A stretch of DNA of 64,000 nucleotides from Eutreptiella sp. 'Long Island Sound 2002'. Lineage: Eukaryota; Protista; Euglenida. The stretch is taken from assembly GCA_964036045.1 (NCBI GenBank), contig OZ038378.1:168578001-168642000 (forward strand), in the 5' to 3' direction. The notes beneath the pieces were generated by a model that was given only the letters and a program-made list of their open reading frames with translations, was not told the DNA's origin and did not search any database. Every line of letters begins with the position of its first letter. Position 1 is the stretch's first letter. The position numbers and the translations under genes are program-made. Below, in pieces: positions 61,360-64,000 of this stretch.

Positions 61360-62084
61360 GGAAATTGCTTGACAGCCGTGCGTGCCACCTTATCACCCCC
61401 ACGAAGCACGACGCGGAGCACAGCGTCTCTGCACGGAATTGCCTGGCATGGCCCGACAGGGCCAGGGGTGGGTTCGTGATCCCCATGCACGACACTCCAC
61501 CATGCTGTACAGCATGCAGGAGAGTACTCTGTCTCCCAACAGTGCGACAGGGCTCATGAAGCATGGACGGGCCTCACGTGAGGCAACCTAAAGGACGGAG
61601 GGAGGAGCCTCTTGTCATACAGGGCGGCAGCTCTCCAAAAACCCGCGCGACTTGCCCCTTGGGTGAGTTTGGGGGCTGGAATGGGTGGAAGCCCCATGGA
61701 CTATTGCTCCTTAATATGATTTCCTTCCTCATCACCCCCACGAAGTTTTACACTATCTCTGTTAATCAGTAGGGGCAGGCAGAACACTGATGAATGGATG
61801 CAGTGCATTCCAAAAATTCATTTTGCTTATTTCCATTATGTGCATGACACCATCAGCATCTACGCATGTCAGTATCACATGCATCATATGCATCGCATGG
61901 GTTCATACACTGCACATAATGAAATTGTTCAGGAAATGCGAGGCGATTTCGATTGTATGGTACAATGCTTCAGTTTCTCACCACTGGTGCTGCCCTATTT
62001 TTGTTGCGGGGCTTGTTGCTGCCGTCACTTGGCAATCAGACCGAGTTGTCTTGGCACCTGAATCGATTATGTCCGTACCCATTG

Positions 62085-62270
62085 TACACCATTCTACACC
62101 ATCCTAAACCATCCTACACCCATTGTAGACCTGCGTACACCCATCCCACCCCATCCCACACCCATCGTACACCCACCATCATACACCCATTGTGCACCAG
62201 CATACACTCCTCCTGCACCATCGTACACCCATTGTACGCCCATCATCACACACCCATTGTACACCATGGA
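62085..62270. repeat. Degenerate ~11-bp tandem repeat (ccat(c/t)gtacac)
   Basis: Direct reading. Confidence 0.8.
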
Positions 62271-63326
62271 ATACCCGTCGCGCACGCATTGTACTCCCAT
62301 CCAGACCATTGCTTACCGACGGGGGGGGGGGTGTCGTTTTGGGGCTTCCTGGGGACTAGCTGATCCGCCCACCCACGCGAGCTGACCCCCCTCCCTACCC
62401 CCCAGCAGGGGGGGGGGGGGGGATGCCTCATGTCTCATCCCGAAACGCAAACAAAGTGTGTATCTCAGCTGTACTCTCCAGATGGAAGAGACCTTGTGTT
62501 CTATTTTGCAGCCAACCTCTTTCCATAGTCACCATTTTTCAGATGCTCCACCAAAGCACCACAATCACAAAGCAGTTTGGCAAGCCTGATCTGAAAATTG
62601 ACACGACGTGCAGGAGACACTCCCTGCTATTGATTTTGAGGACAGGAGAGAGTTGTTGCAGTGGTGGTAGGAGAGGAACGCTGAAACGGACAAGATTAAG
62701 CAGAATAAGGCAACGGAACATTTCCTCCCAAAGTGGGGTCCGCCAACAATCCAGAGTGTGTTGTGACAAAAGTAGACGAGCTCCAATGGCACAGGATGGG
62801 GAACCACCTGAGGGTTTTCTTGCCATGAGCATTTTGGGGAGGACTGTGGGCTGAATTGTGAGGAGACCCCCCAGGAATGCCATGTGCATGCGCACCAACG
62901 CCATCCAGGGCCACACTGTCTATTGTGTGAAATTCACACAATAGTCCCCTACATAATGCAGCTGCATCCTGTGACCACACCTCCATTATCGTAGGGATTG
63001 GGACATTGAGGTCATTCTATTGGGATGGGGTGATGCCAGGGGCTCAGGCCATGTTGGAGGGTCGGCCCTGCACTCCTCGATTTTAGGCTCAGGCCATAGT
63101 AGAGGGTGGCCTTGCTCTTCTCGATCTTGGGGGCTCAGGCCGTATTGGAGGGTGGACCCAGGTTTCCCCAGAAACCCCAGTTTGGCTCCACTGACCTTCT
63201 CTTCACAGTGTGCAGTCCGTCCGTCAGATGGAAGTTGTCTTTTACTGTGCCGTGTCAGGAGGGAAGCGTAGCTAGGGAAACCAGCCAAACCTTGCACTTC
63301 TGCCTCACATACCTTATACCCCCCCT

Positions 63327-63470
63327 TGCAATCCCCCCCCCCTGGGGGCGAACGGTCACTTGGCCCAAAAGGCATAGAAAATACTCGGCGCCAAAGAAAA
63401 CTTTAACAAGGCGCCGAAGCTGATTCACACTGCGATACTATGGTACAGTTTTGTGGTGCAATCCCCCCCT
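63327..63470. repeat. Short element bracketed by direct repeats tgcaatccccccc
   Basis: tgcaatccccccc occurs at ~63328 and ~63458, each followed by a G run. Confidence 0.45.
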
Positions 63471-63619
63471 AGGGGGGGGGGGGGGGGCGTCACGACATTG
63501 GTGGGGAGATTACAAGGGGGGTGTAAGGTACATGCTGCGTGTCTGACACTGTCCCGCACGGATGCACAAACACAGTTGCATTACGTTACAGGCCCATATG
63601 CCTTGAGACATCTCATGCG

Positions 63620-63912
63620 ATGGCGGAAGCCATTACACCGTATCAGCAACAGCTTTTGGAGCGGCATCATTTAAGGCTGCAGTACAGCCAGGCCCAAGGT
63701 CGGTACTTGGTAACGACTAAGGCCCTCAAGGCGGGGGACGTGGCATTGCGCAGTCCGCCATACATCACCGTTGCGAAGCACGGCTACTGTGATCGCTGCT
63801 TTGCGAAGAAATCCGATGCGGGCGCGGATCTGCAGAGCTGTTCCCGTTGCAAGCGCGCAATGTACTGCAGCCCCGCGTGCCAGGCCGCAGCCTGGAAGAG
63901 CCATCATAAGCG
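63620..63912 (+). CDS. SET-MYND (SMYD-family) lysine methyltransferase, first exon (partial gene)
   Basis: GRYLVTTKALKAGDVALRSPPY (N-SET) followed by MYND CDRC...CSRCKRAMYCSPACQAAAWKSHHK. Probable donor CG|gtctct. The rest lies beyond the window. Confidence 0.88.
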
Positions 63913-64000
63913 GTCTCTTTCTGTGCTCGGCTTCCCTACCTCCCCCCGTACCTCCCTCCACCTTCTCTCGCTCTCTCTATCGCTCTGACGCCTGAGTGTG

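Overview
Repeat-rich, intron-containing eukaryotic genomic DNA. A euglenid such as Eutreptiella is likely, but this rests on recalled repeat-derived peptides (GYPPTAIG..., DRGVWTAKTVKRP...) and is unverified. Five host genes could be assembled by hand, all on the + strand: a bestrophin-like channel (3 exons, N-terminus not found), an 848-aa six-TM K+ channel with a cyclic-nucleotide-binding domain (6 exons), an intronless METTL21-type lysine methyltransferase, a 355-aa U-box + four-EF-hand protein (3 exons), and the first exon of a SET-MYND (SMYD) protein. There is also a disrupted HECTD1-like galactose-binding domain on the - strand. At 20.6-26.2 kb is a cluster of PIF/Harbinger/ISL2EU-related (DDE_Tnp_4-like) transposons. 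They have GGGGGCGT termini and ATA target duplications, and apparently a single ORF of Tudor-like barrel + HTH + DDE + C-terminal Cys finger. A ~7.3-kb segment at 1.3-8.6 kb is bounded by degenerate inverted repeats and carries about 14 copies of an ACTG-N4-CAGT palindrome. All nine complete introns I could assemble are phase 0 with NAG|GT donors. No rRNA, tRNA or CRISPR features were seen.
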